A DNA stretch of 64,000 nt from an uncultured virus (IMG/VR IMGVR_UViG_3300043425_000347) (IMGVR_UViG_3300043425_000347), one strand, 5' to 3'; shown: positions 1 through 9,487, counted from the stretch's first letter. Made by a program: numbers and translations. Notes: generated from the sequence alone by a model not told the origin.

Positions 1-125
1 TGACGTTCAAGCCCTATGGCGCAAGTACGGCTGGACTCCACCCTCGGAGAACATGACGCCACCACCTGCGCCAGCGCAAACCTTCACCCCTGTTATCTTT
101 TTCAAATAAACCCAAGGAGAATCTC

Positions 126-662
126 ATGCCTGATATTAAAACTGCATTGGAAAAAGCACTCAACGAGTGGACCGACGACGCTTCGCCCGCTGCGGCCAAG
201 CCCGAGCCTGCCCCTACCAAGCCCTACTTCACAGTGACCAACAACGTGACTCGCGTTACGTTCGACTACGTGCGAGACAACCCCGGCAAGACCCGCAAGG
301 AAATCGCCGTTGCGCTGGAGAAGCAAGGCTACAAGAGCAGCTCTGTAACCTCGCTGCTGGGGCAGATGGCCAAGCAAGGCCTTGTGCGCGATAGCACCGG
401 CCTGCTGTACGTCACGACTAGTGCGTACACCCCGTTGAAAGCATCCAAGAAGATGAAGGCTGTGGCCGAGACGCCGCAAGCACCGCAGCGCAAGAAAGTT
501 GTCCTCATCAACAAGCGCACGGGCGAGATTGTCGCAGCCGCGCCCAAGGTCGAGCCTACCCCGGTGGTTAAAGAGTGGGAGCCCAACGATGTGATCGACA
601 AGCTGACTGTGCATCAAGCCATCGCCCTGTTCAAAGCACTGCGTAACATTTTGGTGGGGTGA
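126..662 (+). CDS. hypothetical protein, probable winged-HTH DNA-binding domain
   Basis: AAGGAG RBS at 114-119; wHTH-like segment DYVRDNPGKTRKEIAVAL...VTSLLGQMAKQGLV. Confidence 0.6.
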   Translation: MPDIKTALEKALNEWTDDASPAAAKPEPAPTKPYFTVTNNVTRVTFDYVRDNPGKTRKEIAVALEKQGYKSSSVTSLLGQMAKQGLVRDSTGLLYVTTSAYTPLKASKKMKAVAETPQAPQRKKVVLINKRTGEIVAAAPKVEPTPVVKEWEPNDVIDKLTVHQAIALFKALRNILVG

Positions 663-664
663 GT

Positions 665-772
665 ATGACGTGGCCCTTCCCACCACCCACTGGCCCTGTG
701 CCGTGGACACCAGAGCAGATCAAACTGTACGAGAAACAACAACGCGACAGCGTAGGAGAAGCATTGGTATGA
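665..772 (+). CDS. small hypothetical protein (MTWPFPPPTGPVPW...)
   Basis: 35-aa ORF read by hand; fills the gap and overlaps the next ATG (ATGA). Confidence 0.45.
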   Translation: MTWPFPPPTGPVPWTPEQIKLYEKQQRDSVGEALV

Positions 773-1095
773 AAAGACTTTTAATCATCGCTGCACTGAT
801 GTGTAGCAGCGCACACGCACAGCCATCCTCCATCCTGTACACGGGGCAGGATTTATACACCCGACTCACAAACGACCGGGCTTTGGTCCTTGGGTACATA
901 GCGGGGGTTGCTGATTCGCAGGCTGGTGTGACGATCTGTATCCCTCCCGGTCAGGTGAGCCTCGGGCAGATGGTGGACATGGTGAAACAAACACTGGAGC
1001 GCGTGCCGTCTGAGCGCCACATGGCCGCTGACATCTACGTGCAAGCTACGCTGTCCAACCGCTGGCCGTGTGCCAAGAGAGGGGGTGGGGTATGA
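769..1095 (+). CDS. Rap1a/Tai-like exported immunity-family protein
   Basis: Signal peptide MKRLLIIAALMCSSAHA; motifs TGQDL, GYIAGVAD, ICIP, WPC match my recollection of the Rap1a family. Confidence 0.7.
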   Translation: MKRLLIIAALMCSSAHAQPSSILYTGQDLYTRLTNDRALVLGYIAGVADSQAGVTICIPPGQVSLGQMVDMVKQTLERVPSERHMAADIYVQATLSNRWPCAKRGGGV

Positions 1096-1469
1096 GCAAG
1101 AAAGACGAGGCGCAGCACCGCGCATGGTTTACGGTAGATGAATTGAATGCGTGGGCTGACAAGAAGCTGGAGGAGAACCCGCAGTGGGCAGAGCAGCCAG
1201 CACAGCAGGAGCCTGTGGCGTGGATGTTTCAGCATGAAGAAACTGGGCGAACCATGTGCGTAGATGCGCAACAAGTCGAATGGGGGTTTGAGAAAGGCAA
1301 CCCCCGCTTGAAAAAGATTGCGCCCCTCTACACATCTCCACCAGCACAGCGCAAGCCGCTGACGGATGAGCAGATTGACGCTATCTGGGATGCAGTTATC
1401 ACCCCAAGCAATCACATTCGTGAGTTTGTCCGAGCCATCGAAGCCACGTTGCGGGAGCAGAACACATGA
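1092..1469 (+). CDS. hypothetical phage protein (QEPVAW...PLYT...RKPLTDE modules)
   Basis: ATGA-coupled; carries common phage early-gene peptide modules. Confidence 0.65.
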   Translation: MSKKDEAQHRAWFTVDELNAWADKKLEENPQWAEQPAQQEPVAWMFQHEETGRTMCVDAQQVEWGFEKGNPRLKKIAPLYTSPPAQRKPLTDEQIDAIWDAVITPSNHIREFVRAIEATLREQNT

Positions 1470-1741
1470 GTGAACTTGAAGAACTCAAGCTGGCCTACGC
1501 AGAGTGCAGCCGACAGCGTAACGAACTGCTCAACAAACTCAAGTCTCAAGCACAGCGCAAGCCGCTGACGGATGAGGAGTTTTTGGAGTTGATTCTGCGC
1601 ACAGGAACACAAGAGCTTGTCGGCGTTGCCGCTTTCGTTGGCGGTTCAATCCAGATGCGAGGCAAGATTGGTCTGCTACGCAGCGCTAAAGTCATCAAGG
1701 AATTTGTCGAAGCCGCCCACGGCATCAAGGAGGACGCATGA
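1466..1741 (+). CDS. hypothetical phage protein (RKPLTDEE module)
   Basis: ATGA-coupled; shares a 28-bp repeat with the previous gene. Confidence 0.6.
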   Translation: MSELEELKLAYAECSRQRNELLNKLKSQAQRKPLTDEEFLELILRTGTQELVGVAAFVGGSIQMRGKIGLLRSAKVIKEFVEAAHGIKEDA

Positions 1742-2022
1742 AGACCGTAATTGAAATGGCGCGGGAGGCTGGGGCTACCCCTTACACCAATCGCCACTAT
1801 CCAGATCGACCAACGCACACCTTCAACCCGGAGCAGCTTGAACGCTTTGCCGCCCTTGTGATCGCCAACCACCCACCGCAGTCATACATGACATGGCAAG
1901 AGGGGTACGAGGCAGGCAAGCAGGCCGAGCGCGAAAGACTTCAGGCATTTATGCGGCAGATGATTGACGCGTACTCACTGCAAAGCGATCCGTCTGGCCT
2001 TAAGGCAAGGAGCAGCACATGA
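1738..2022 (+). CDS. hypothetical phage protein (MKTVIEMAREA...ERFA family)
   Basis: AGGAGG RBS, ATGA-coupled. Confidence 0.65.
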   Translation: MKTVIEMAREAGATPYTNRHYPDRPTHTFNPEQLERFAALVIANHPPQSYMTWQEGYEAGKQAERERLQAFMRQMIDAYSLQSDPSGLKARSST

Positions 2023-2315
2023 AGACCGTAATTGAAATGGCGCGGGAGGCTGATCTTTGGATGACCAGTGACGAGCGAGTGGCTGCTGTTGAACGATTTG
2101 CCGAGCTTGTCCGTGCTGACGAGCGTGAAAAATACAAGTGGGACATTCACTCATGCGGCCCCACTTGCAAACGGTATGCGTGTGTGGCGACCCGTGAAGC
2201 TGTCGAGGCCGAGCGTGAGGCGTGTGCGAAACACGCAGAGGATTTCCTGACCAAAGGACGCAGCCCGCTAGGCCGCGCAGTCGGCGACGCCATCCGAGCA
2301 AGGAGGAACACATGA
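2019..2315 (+). CDS. hypothetical phage protein (MKTVIEMAREA...EREACA...AIRAR family)
   Basis: Same N-terminus as the previous gene; AAGGAG RBS. Confidence 0.65.
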   Translation: MKTVIEMAREADLWMTSDERVAAVERFAELVRADEREKYKWDIHSCGPTCKRYACVATREAVEAEREACAKHAEDFLTKGRSPLGRAVGDAIRARRNT

Positions 2316-2455
2316 CCGCCGCTGACTACTGCAAACGCTGCACCGCGCCCCATTCACCGGCAATCAAAGTGCTGGCAAGGTGCGGAGCGTGCGTTGTCAA
2401 CAACGGCAAACTGCCACCAACAAAGTTCATCGAGAAAGCAAAGGAAACAAAATGA
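2312..2455 (+). CDS. small Cys-rich (CxxC..CxxC) protein
   Basis: AGGAGG RBS; CKRC and CGAC. Confidence 0.45.
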   Translation: MTAADYCKRCTAPHSPAIKVLARCGACVVNNGKLPPTKFIEKAKETK

Positions 2456-2589
2456 GAAAAAGTTTGCACACAACAACCGAATTTTTACCACGCAAGTGGC
2501 CATGCTTTGCTGTTGGCTTTTTTGCCGGTGGCAATGAGTTTGTGTTGCACCTATGGCTTGTGTGCTTCCGTATTCGATGGGGGTATTGA
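2452..2589 (+). CDS. small hydrophobic hypothetical protein
   Basis: ATGA-coupled, AAGGA RBS. Confidence 0.45.
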   Translation: MRKSLHTTTEFLPRKWPCFAVGFFAGGNEFVLHLWLVCFRIRWGY

Positions 2590-2591
2590 TC

Positions 2592-2819
2592 ATGAGCAAA
2601 CTCAAGACAGCAACCATCCCAAACCGCCACAAAGTTAACGCCAAGATTGTGCTGAACGAAGCCATTGATGAAGAGCCAGACACCGCCATAGTGCTGTGCT
2701 TCTGGTACGACAAAGGCCAGTTCACCATCAAGACATCATCAACACCAGACCGGCTTGCACTGATTGGAATGTTGGAAGAAGCCAAGGCCAAAGTTATTTC
2801 GGATGGGTACGCATCATGA
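2592..2819 (+). CDS. hypothetical protein
   Basis: Fits the coupled gene string. Confidence 0.5.
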   Translation: MSKLKTATIPNRHKVNAKIVLNEAIDEEPDTAIVLCFWYDKGQFTIKTSSTPDRLALIGMLEEAKAKVISDGYAS

Positions 2820-2935
2820 ACGATGGAGAAAAAGCTGGATGGTGGGCTATGGCCTACTTATGCATTGCGTTGGTTGGCGTTTGGTTCATCGCGGTCTGCA
2901 TCGCGTGGTATCACATCAAGGAGTGGTTTCTATGA
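2816..2935 (+). CDS. small single-TM membrane protein
   Basis: Hydrophobic stretch WWAMAYLCIALVGVWFIAVCIAW; ATGA-coupled on both sides. Confidence 0.45.
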   Translation: MNDGEKAGWWAMAYLCIALVGVWFIAVCIAWYHIKEWFL

Positions 2936-3156
2936 GCAAAATCAAACCGGAAGATCACCCCGACTTCATCGGTGGGTGGAAGTGGACCAAGCTGGAGCTT
3001 GATTGGATTAACGAGCGCATCGGCACGCTTGAAGCCGCGTTGTTCCAAGCTCAAGAAGCGGCCATCGACTTGGAGAGCAGACTCACCAAAACAGAAGGTT
3101 GGCTGAACGAGGCCGTGTGGAACTACGGCGAACTTAAAAGGAAGATGGGCACATGA
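2932..3156 (+). CDS. hypothetical coiled-coil protein
   Basis: AAGGAG RBS, ATGA-coupled. Confidence 0.5.
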   Translation: MSKIKPEDHPDFIGGWKWTKLELDWINERIGTLEAALFQAQEAAIDLESRLTKTEGWLNEAVWNYGELKRKMGT

Positions 3157-3238
3157 CCTGTAAACACCGCTGGGAACCAGTCCCTGACCAACCAATCTAC
3201 AAGTGCGCCCGATGCGGCGCGTTCATGAGGATCATCAA

Positions 3239-3574
3239 ATGACAGCAACACGGTTCGCACCTGTGCACAACATATTCACAGGCAAAGAGGTTATTGAGTT
3301 CGTGCCCATCCCAAAGGTCAGCGTCAAGCGCAAGGGCACCACGCAGCACGACGACAAGTTCGAGAAGCTGCTTGGTTTCAAGGAGGCGCTGAGTGTGCCT
3401 GAGCGTGACTTTGGCGGTATGCGCAAGGCGCTGCAACGCTTCATCGACAACAAGGGGCTGCGCAGGACAGTGAGCGTCCGCCAACTCAAAGACCACAAGA
3501 CCAAGAGCTTCACCCTGTGGCTGGTCAACGAGCCACCACAGGTAGTTCCACCCAACAAAAAGGCAGACAAATGA
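3239..3574 (+). CDS. hypothetical protein
   Basis: GAGGA RBS, coupled ORF. Confidence 0.55.
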   Translation: MTATRFAPVHNIFTGKEVIEFVPIPKVSVKRKGTTQHDDKFEKLLGFKEALSVPERDFGGMRKALQRFIDNKGLRRTVSVRQLKDHKTKSFTLWLVNEPPQVVPPNKKADK

Positions 3575-3801
3575 GCAACACAAACACAGGCGGACCAGCG
3601 TTTCCATCTAAGAAGCGCGTTTATCGCGCCGGATACGCCACAGCCGAATTTGAGCCTGTTGATGGCATGACCCTGCGCGACTTCTTTGCGGCCGAGGCGA
3701 TGCAGGGGATGATGGTTGACGTTGAACAACCACGTTGCGATTACATTGCAGAAGTAGCTTACAAAATGGCCGATGCCATGCTGAAAGCGAGGCAAGCATG
3801 A
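3571..3801 (+). CDS. conserved phage protein (GGPAFP...GMTLRDFFAA...AYKMADAML)
   Basis: Widespread phage motif pattern. Confidence 0.7.
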   Translation: MSNTNTGGPAFPSKKRVYRAGYATAEFEPVDGMTLRDFFAAEAMQGMMVDVEQPRCDYIAEVAYKMADAMLKARQA

Positions 3802-4100
3802 CCCCTGTACGGCAGAAGAAAATCCGTACCGTTCTGCGGGCACACCCGAACGGGATGACACCGCCTGAGATCGCGGCGGTTACTGGGGTACACGTGGCCA
3901 ATGTCAGGACAGCGCTCAGGGCTATGCCCGATGTGTATGTGGACCGCTGGAGAATGGGCAAGCGTGGGCAGTTCACAAAGGTATGGGTCGCTGTGCCTGT
4001 ACCCGAGGACTGCCCTCACCCCAAAGACCGCGTAAAGTGGGGGGTGAACTACAGGAAACCAAAGACCCAGTGGGTCATTGTTGAAGGAGCAAGAGTGTGA
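3798..4100 (+). CDS. HTH-like protein, paralog of 6075..6323
   Basis: GMTPPEIAAVTG...MPDVYVDRW...VPEDCPHP. Confidence 0.6.
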   Translation: MTPVRQKKIRTVLRAHPNGMTPPEIAAVTGVHVANVRTALRAMPDVYVDRWRMGKRGQFTKVWVAVPVPEDCPHPKDRVKWGVNYRKPKTQWVIVEGARV

Positions 4101-4297
4101 GCGTGCCGTACAACGACGATGCCCGTGAAGCGTATGTCCTGCGTAACAGTGAGAACCACTTGGAAGTTGCCAAGAAGCATCACGCGCTCGGCCATGCCCG
4201 GTCAATGTGGATTCAGCTTTTCGTGTGGGCCATGCGCGAAGAAATCTACGGCGAACACTGGGACCGGATAACGAATCAACCAAGGAGAAAGACATGA
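4097..4297 (+). CDS. hypothetical protein
   Basis: GTG start overlapping the upstream stop, AAGGAG RBS. Confidence 0.5.
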   Translation: MSVPYNDDAREAYVLRNSENHLEVAKKHHALGHARSMWIQLFVWAMREEIYGEHWDRITNQPRRKT

Positions 4298-4653
4298 CAC
4301 CGAAACAAGAGGCAGCACTGCGAGAGTATCTGCAAGAGGCCATCGTGCCACTGATCGAAGATGTGCTGGCCAAGAAATTGGGGCAAGCCATGACGTTTGC
4401 GGCACAAGAACTTATCCAGCCAAAGCGTGAGTGGGTGGGGCTGACGGATGAGGAGCGTGGGCAAGCTATCAACTCAAACTTTGGAACCGGCTTGTGGCAT
4501 ATGGCAAAAGACGTCGAAGCCAAACTCAAAGAAAAAAACGGGTATGCGCGAAAGCACATAACTGACGGGTCGCCCTGCTGGTGCGGCGCTGAAGTGACCT
4601 ACGTCGACCCGGAAACGGGGGTCAAAATTATCAACCACAAGGAGCCACAATGA
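4294..4653 (+). CDS. hypothetical protein (REWVGLTDEE module)
   Basis: CCAAGGAGAAAG RBS; common phage module. Confidence 0.6.
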   Translation: MTPKQEAALREYLQEAIVPLIEDVLAKKLGQAMTFAAQELIQPKREWVGLTDEERGQAINSNFGTGLWHMAKDVEAKLKEKNGYARKHITDGSPCWCGAEVTYVDPETGVKIINHKEPQ

Positions 4654-4977
4654 GCGATAAGCGAGAGTACCTATGGGCTGTTTTCAAAGACGTACCCCAA
4701 AGCGTGCAGCTTGTAGAAGCCGCATTGATTTTTTATCACGCCGAAGTTCCGGTTGAGCAGGCGCGTGAGTATCTGGCAATACTGGAAACAAAAATTAAGG
4801 AGCGCAACGCATGATCGACCCAAACAAACTGCAATACTTCACCATGGCATCATGGATGCGCGGCTATGCCGCCGGGCTGGACGAGTACCAGCACAAGACC
4901 TTGATTCACAAGCTCAACAAAGCAGCTGACATGCTCGACGCTGTGTGGGGTAAGTACACGCAAGAAGAGGAAAACAA

Positions 4978-5208
4978 ATGAACGCAGAAGAAATAAACAA
5001 GGCCTTTGACGAGGAGTACATCAAGTACCGCGCCGCCTTCCCCAAAGACTACCGCTTGCCAAAGCGTGAGTGGGTGGGGCTTGACCTTTCAGAGATGGAC
5101 GCCATCATCGACGGCAACATGACAATCACTGACTCAAAATTACGCGATGCCGTATACGCGGTAGTGATCGACACAATGACAACTTTGATGGAGAAGAACC
5201 ATGGCTAA
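4978..5208 (+). CDS. hypothetical protein (REWVGL module)
   Basis: GAGGA RBS; shares a 24-bp repeat with 4294..4653. Confidence 0.55.
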   Translation: MNAEEINKAFDEEYIKYRAAFPKDYRLPKREWVGLDLSEMDAIIDGNMTITDSKLRDAVYAVVIDTMTTLMEKNHG

Positions 5209-5428
5209 GCTGCCGTATACATTCACGATCTGCCCCGACCAAGACACACCAAAGAGCTTCACTGCAAGCTGCGCTGAGATGGGGCGCTTACTTCAAGACA
5301 GCCCTGACGGCGACCTGACCATCAACCAAAAAAGATTGGGCGCATGGGATGCATGGACAGGTGGCGGGATTGATGCTCCTATTGAAGAAAAGCTCCACGA
5401 CCTTGTGCAGAAAAGGCAAAACACATGA
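5201..5428 (+). CDS. hypothetical protein
   Basis: GGAG RBS, overlapping coupling. Confidence 0.5.
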   Translation: MAKLPYTFTICPDQDTPKSFTASCAEMGRLLQDSPDGDLTINQKRLGAWDAWTGGGIDAPIEEKLHDLVQKRQNT

Positions 5429-5880
5429 GCGACCAAAAAAACTGGGACGCCGCGCTCATTAAAACGTGGCGGTTGTCTGGCACCTACGTGGATGCGTTGC
5501 GTCTTTTCAAAACACTGTCAGGTAAGCGCACAGATGAGTGTGACCCGCCGCTCAAGCGTGTGCCAAAAAAGTTTTTGCCTTTCGGCGTCGGCATTCGGGT
5601 ATACGTTGCAGAATACCTGCCAAAGATCAGCGCACGGTTATGGGATCAGCCGCCAGAGAAAGACATCTTGTTGCTGCGCAAGCTGGAGACAAGCCCGTAC
5701 GACTCGCTGGAAACAAAGATGTACGACGAAGGTCAGGCTGAGCGAGCGTCACTGATAAACAACGTCAAAAGCAACAGAAAACGAATAGCCATGAACGTAC
5801 TGGCTATATCAAACCGCAATCAAGCCACGGACTGGGGTGTGACCAAAGGCCCCTCAACCGTTCGCGTTAAACACAAATAA
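5425..5880 (+). CDS. hypothetical protein
   Basis: 151-aa coupled ORF. Confidence 0.55.
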   Translation: MSDQKNWDAALIKTWRLSGTYVDALRLFKTLSGKRTDECDPPLKRVPKKFLPFGVGIRVYVAEYLPKISARLWDQPPEKDILLLRKLETSPYDSLETKMYDEGQAERASLINNVKSNRKRIAMNVLAISNRNQATDWGVTKGPSTVRVKHK

Positions 5881-5889
5881 GGAAAATAC

Positions 5890-6075
5890 ATGAAATGTAA
5901 ATGCCATCCCAACTCGCCTTTCCACTGGAAGCAAAACCCGAGGCCGAGCATCTTCTTGCAAGACCCACTGTTCCGTGCCAAGGGTGCGGTAGTGAGTACT
6001 GACTACAAACTGTTCGGTATCTTCCTGAGAGCGCAACCCCACATCAAACCACAACTCAACAAGTACGAACTGTAA
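5890..6075 (+). CDS. hypothetical protein (CKCHPNSPFHW)
   Basis: AAGGA RBS; TAATG coupling to the next gene. Confidence 0.5.
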   Translation: MKCKCHPNSPFHWKQNPRPSIFLQDPLFRAKGAVVSTDYKLFGIFLRAQPHIKPQLNKYEL

Positions 6076-6323
6076 TGAGAACTTTCGCAACGCACGCCGT
6101 CCGCAAACTCCTGCGCGACAACCCGGACGGCATGGACGCAGGCACAATAGCCAACAAGCTGGACCGAGAGCCGAAAAACATCCGCAAGCTACTCAACACC
6201 ATGCCTGACGCCTACATCGACAGATGGGTACGCCACAGAGGCACCCCACCAATAGCCATCTGGTGCGTGGTTGTACCCCCAGAGAATTGCCCCCGTCCTG
6301 AAACCAAACCAAGGAGAAAATGA
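6075..6323 (+). CDS. HTH-like protein, paralog of 3798..4100
   Basis: DGMDAGTIANKL...MPDAYIDRW...VPPENCPRP. Confidence 0.6.
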   Translation: MRTFATHAVRKLLRDNPDGMDAGTIANKLDREPKNIRKLLNTMPDAYIDRWVRHRGTPPIAIWCVVVPPENCPRPETKPRRK

Positions 6324-6324
6324 A

Positions 6325-6573
6325 ATGGAAAACAAACTCAACGGCACACGTGCAGACGATCTGCAAGTTGGTGGCCAACACTACAAAGACATGGGCATCC
6401 AGCCTTGGGCTGTGATGGAGGCCGTGCTGACACGCGAAGAGTGGATCGGCTACCTCAAAGGCAACGTCATCAAGTACGGGATGCGCCAAGGCAAGAAGGA
6501 CAGCGACGACGCCAACAAGGCACGTCACTACGCAGTCAAGCTGGCGGAGGTGCAAAATGGCAACAACACCTGA
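6325..6573 (+). CDS. DUF3310 / SaV-like protein (T7 gp1.7-like nucleotide kinase family)
   Basis: QVGGQHY...IQPW...GYLKGNVIKY...KARHY signature. Confidence 0.75.
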   Translation: MENKLNGTRADDLQVGGQHYKDMGIQPWAVMEAVLTREEWIGYLKGNVIKYGMRQGKKDSDDANKARHYAVKLAEVQNGNNT

Positions 6574-6853
6574 AGGCAAGGTAAAAGCCGCAGTGCGCAA
6601 GGTACTGGACCGCTTGGGCATCTACCACTTCATGCCTCCGGGCATGGGGCTTGGGCGCTCGGGTATCCCCGACATCATCGGCTGCTATAACGGGCGGTTC
6701 ATCGCCATCGAGTGCAAGGCGGGCAAGGGCAAGACCACTGCGCTGCAAGAGCGCGAGCTGCAATGGATCAAAGCCGCTGGCGGGTTCACATTCGTGGCCC
6801 GTGAAGACAACTTGGAAGAAATGGAAGGACGGCTACTGTTATGGACAAAGTGA
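6557..6853 (+). CDS. VRR-NUC domain nuclease (PD-(D/E)XK; probable Holliday junction resolvase)
   Basis: TPEGKVK...SGIPDII...FIAIECKA...TALQ. Confidence 0.85.
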   Translation: MATTPEGKVKAAVRKVLDRLGIYHFMPPGMGLGRSGIPDIIGCYNGRFIAIECKAGKGKTTALQERELQWIKAAGGFTFVAREDNLEEMEGRLLLWTK

Positions 6854-7125
6854 CGCAAGCAGCATGGGACGACACGGTCGCCAACTTGAGCAAACGCGAT
6901 GAGAACGTGCGCGATCACTTCGCGCAACTGATCATGACGCTGGCCAAGTGCTACAACATGGACGCGCCCCACAAGGCAGTTGTGCTGGTCGATACTGGAG
7001 AAGCCCTGCTGACCTTCTGCGCTGGCGCGGATGAGATGGACATGGCCAGCATGATCGGCCAAGCAAACGAGATGGCACAAGCACTGACACTGCGCGATGC
7101 CCCACCCAAGGAGATGTTTAATTGA
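6841..7125 (+). CDS. hypothetical protein
   Basis: 94-aa ORF in the replication string. Confidence 0.55.
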   Translation: MDKVTQAAWDDTVANLSKRDENVRDHFAQLIMTLAKCYNMDAPHKAVVLVDTGEALLTFCAGADEMDMASMIGQANEMAQALTLRDAPPKEMFN

Positions 7126-7279
7126 ACTACTCAGGAAACCTGACGCAAGCGTTGGTGGACGAACTGCTTGCAGTCGTGCACAAGTACGACGAAACACTAC
7201 TGCTGCCAACAGCGCTCGGCTGCCTTGAGTTGGCCAAGCAGCAACTTATTCAAGACCACATGGATGAGGAGGACGACGA

Positions 7280-9259
7280 ATGAGCGCACCGTACGACCGC
7301 ATCATTACCGTGGACTTTGAGACGCGGTGGGACAGTAAAGACTACACGTTGTCAAAGATGACAACAGAGGAGTACATCCGTGATATTAGATTCAAAGCAT
7401 TTGGGTGTTGCTTCCACGAGTATGGAAGTGCTGATCCAATCGTGTGGATTGGAGGACGCGACCTACGTGAGTACGTTGCTGGGATCGACTGGAGCCGAAC
7501 AGCCCTTCTCGCCCATAACGCCCAGTTTGACGTATCCATCCTGTGCTGGAGATACGGAATCAAACCCGCCTTCATCTTCGACACGCTATCAATGGGACGC
7601 GCTCTACGAGGCGTGGAAGTGGGCAACTCCTTGGCCAAACTCGCAATGGATTTTGGACTACCTGACAAGGGACGAGCCGTTCATTCGACCAACGGATTGG
7701 AGGTACTCCCGGAACAGATTGAGGTGGAGCTTGCGGAGTACTGCAAGCACGATGTCTTCCTCTGTGAAGAAATCTTTGCCCGACTGATCCCCGGCTACCC
7801 CGCCAAAGAACTGCGCCTCATCGACATGACGCTCAAGATGTACACAAACGCGTGCCTTGAGCTGGACCGGGAGATGCTCATCAAAGCCCTATCAGAAGAA
7901 GGAGAGAAACGTGAAGGACTGTTACAGAGGCTCGGCGTGGAAGAAGCTGCACTTGCGTCGAACGATAAGTTTGCGCAGGTCCTCGTTGCCATGGGCGTCA
8001 CGCCCCCTACAAAAGTCAGCAAGACCACTGGGAAGGAGGCGTTTGCTTTTGCAAAAAATGACGCTCTTTTTCAAGCGCTGCTCAACGGTGAACGTGAAGA
8101 CGTTGCCCTTCTTTGTGAAGCGCGTCTTCGGGTTAAATCAACCACCGAGCGTACACGTGCGCAGCGGTTCCTTGATATATCGGGCAGGGGTCCGCTCCCG
8201 GTTCCGCTTAGCTATTACGGCGCAGCGACAGGCCGTTGGACTGCCGCAAAGGGCAGCGCCATCAACATGCAAAACCTCAAGCGAGGTTCGTTCCTACGCA
8301 AAGCAATCATGGCACCGGTGGGGCACCAGCTTGTCGTTGGGGACCTTTCACAAATTGAACCGAGAGTACTGGCGTGGTTTTCGGATTACGAAGATATGCT
8401 CGACATCTTCCGGTCTGGCAGCGACGCTTATGCCGCTTTCGGCGCTCAGATGTTCAACATACCCGGCCTTTCAAAAGAAAGCCATCCAGACCTTAGACAG
8501 TCTGCAAAGTCGGCACTCCTTGGCTGCGGGTACGGGCTTGGCTGGGCGTCTTTCGCTGCTCAGCTTCTCGTTGGATTCCTTGGCGCACCTCCCGTACGCT
8601 ACGACAAAGCGTTTGCGAAGAAGCTCGGTGTGGACGCCGCCTACATCGACCGTTTCGTTGACTGGGACGAGAATGTTAAAAAGCTCCGGGAGATTCCCCA
8701 CACCTGTACGGAGCGGGAGTTGCTGATCCACTGCGTGGCAGCCAAGAAGATCATCGACATCTACCGCAGCACTGCGCACCCCGTTGTGAGTTTTTGGGAC
8801 ATGTGCAGCAAGCTGATGGAGAAGTCGCTTTACGGCGGCGAAGAGGTGGTGTATAAATGCGTGACATTCAAGAAAGAAACGATAGTCTTGCCCTCGGGCA
8901 TGACGCTCAAATATCCGCATTTAAGACAAGAACGCGACAAAGAAACGAAGCAGTTGAATTGGGTGTACGGAGAGGAAGGCACTAAGCCAACCAAGCTGTA
9001 CGCTGGGAAGATAACGAACAACATCGTGCAGGGAACTGCGCGTGTGGTGATGACAGACGGCATGCTACGGGTGGACAAGAAGTACCCCGTGGTAGGCACA
9101 GTGCATGATGAATTGCTCTGTGTCGTGCCTGACGCTGAGGTCAAGGAAGCCACTGACTGGGTGCTGGAGCAGATGATTGCACAGCCCAAGTACATGCCCG
9201 GCATACCGCTGAACTCAGAGGTCGGTGCGCACCGCCGTTATGGTTTGGCAAAAGGTTAA
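7280..9259 (+). CDS. polA: DNA polymerase family A with N-terminal 3'-5' exonuclease
   Basis: ExoI DFET, ExoII AHNAQFD, ExoIII YCKHD; TGRW; motif A DLSQIEPR; motif B RQSAKSALLGCGYG; motif C VHDE. Confidence 0.95.
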   Translation: MSAPYDRIITVDFETRWDSKDYTLSKMTTEEYIRDIRFKAFGCCFHEYGSADPIVWIGGRDLREYVAGIDWSRTALLAHNAQFDVSILCWRYGIKPAFIFDTLSMGRALRGVEVGNSLAKLAMDFGLPDKGRAVHSTNGLEVLPEQIEVELAEYCKHDVFLCEEIFARLIPGYPAKELRLIDMTLKMYTNACLELDREMLIKALSEEGEKREGLLQRLGVEEAALASNDKFAQVLVAMGVTPPTKVSKTTGKEAFAFAKNDALFQALLNGEREDVALLCEARLRVKSTTERTRAQRFLDISGRGPLPVPLSYYGAATGRWTAAKGSAINMQNLKRGSFLRKAIMAPVGHQLVVGDLSQIEPRVLAWFSDYEDMLDIFRSGSDAYAAFGAQMFNIPGLSKESHPDLRQSAKSALLGCGYGLGWASFAAQLLVGFLGAPPVRYDKAFAKKLGVDAAYIDRFVDWDENVKKLREIPHTCTERELLIHCVAAKKIIDIYRSTAHPVVSFWDMCSKLMEKSLYGGEEVVYKCVTFKKETIVLPSGMTLKYPHLRQERDKETKQLNWVYGEEGTKPTKLYAGKITNNIVQGTARVVMTDGMLRVDKKYPVVGTVHDELLCVVPDAEVKEATDWVLEQMIAQPKYMPGIPLNSEVGAHRRYGLAKG

Positions 9260-9274
9260 CAACAGGAGAAAGCA

Positions 9275-9487
9275 ATGTACATGGTATTTAACATCGGCTG
9301 CATCGAGTGCGGCGTATCGTCCAAGATCGTCGGGCTGTTTGCTGACAAGAGCAAGGCCGAAGAGGTGCGCAAGATGTGTGAAGAGCGCCATCACTGGCGA
9401 GAGAGCGGGCAGAACGCGTTTGAGGTATACGAGCTGCCGCAGCCCGAACACATCGACGAAGAGTACACACAAGGAGAAAGCAAATGA
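9275..9487 (+). CDS. hypothetical protein (NIGCIECG)
   Basis: AGGAGAAAGCA leader. Confidence 0.6.
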   Translation: MYMVFNIGCIECGVSSKIVGLFADKSKAEEVRKMCEERHHWRESGQNAFEVYELPQPEHIDEEYTQGESK

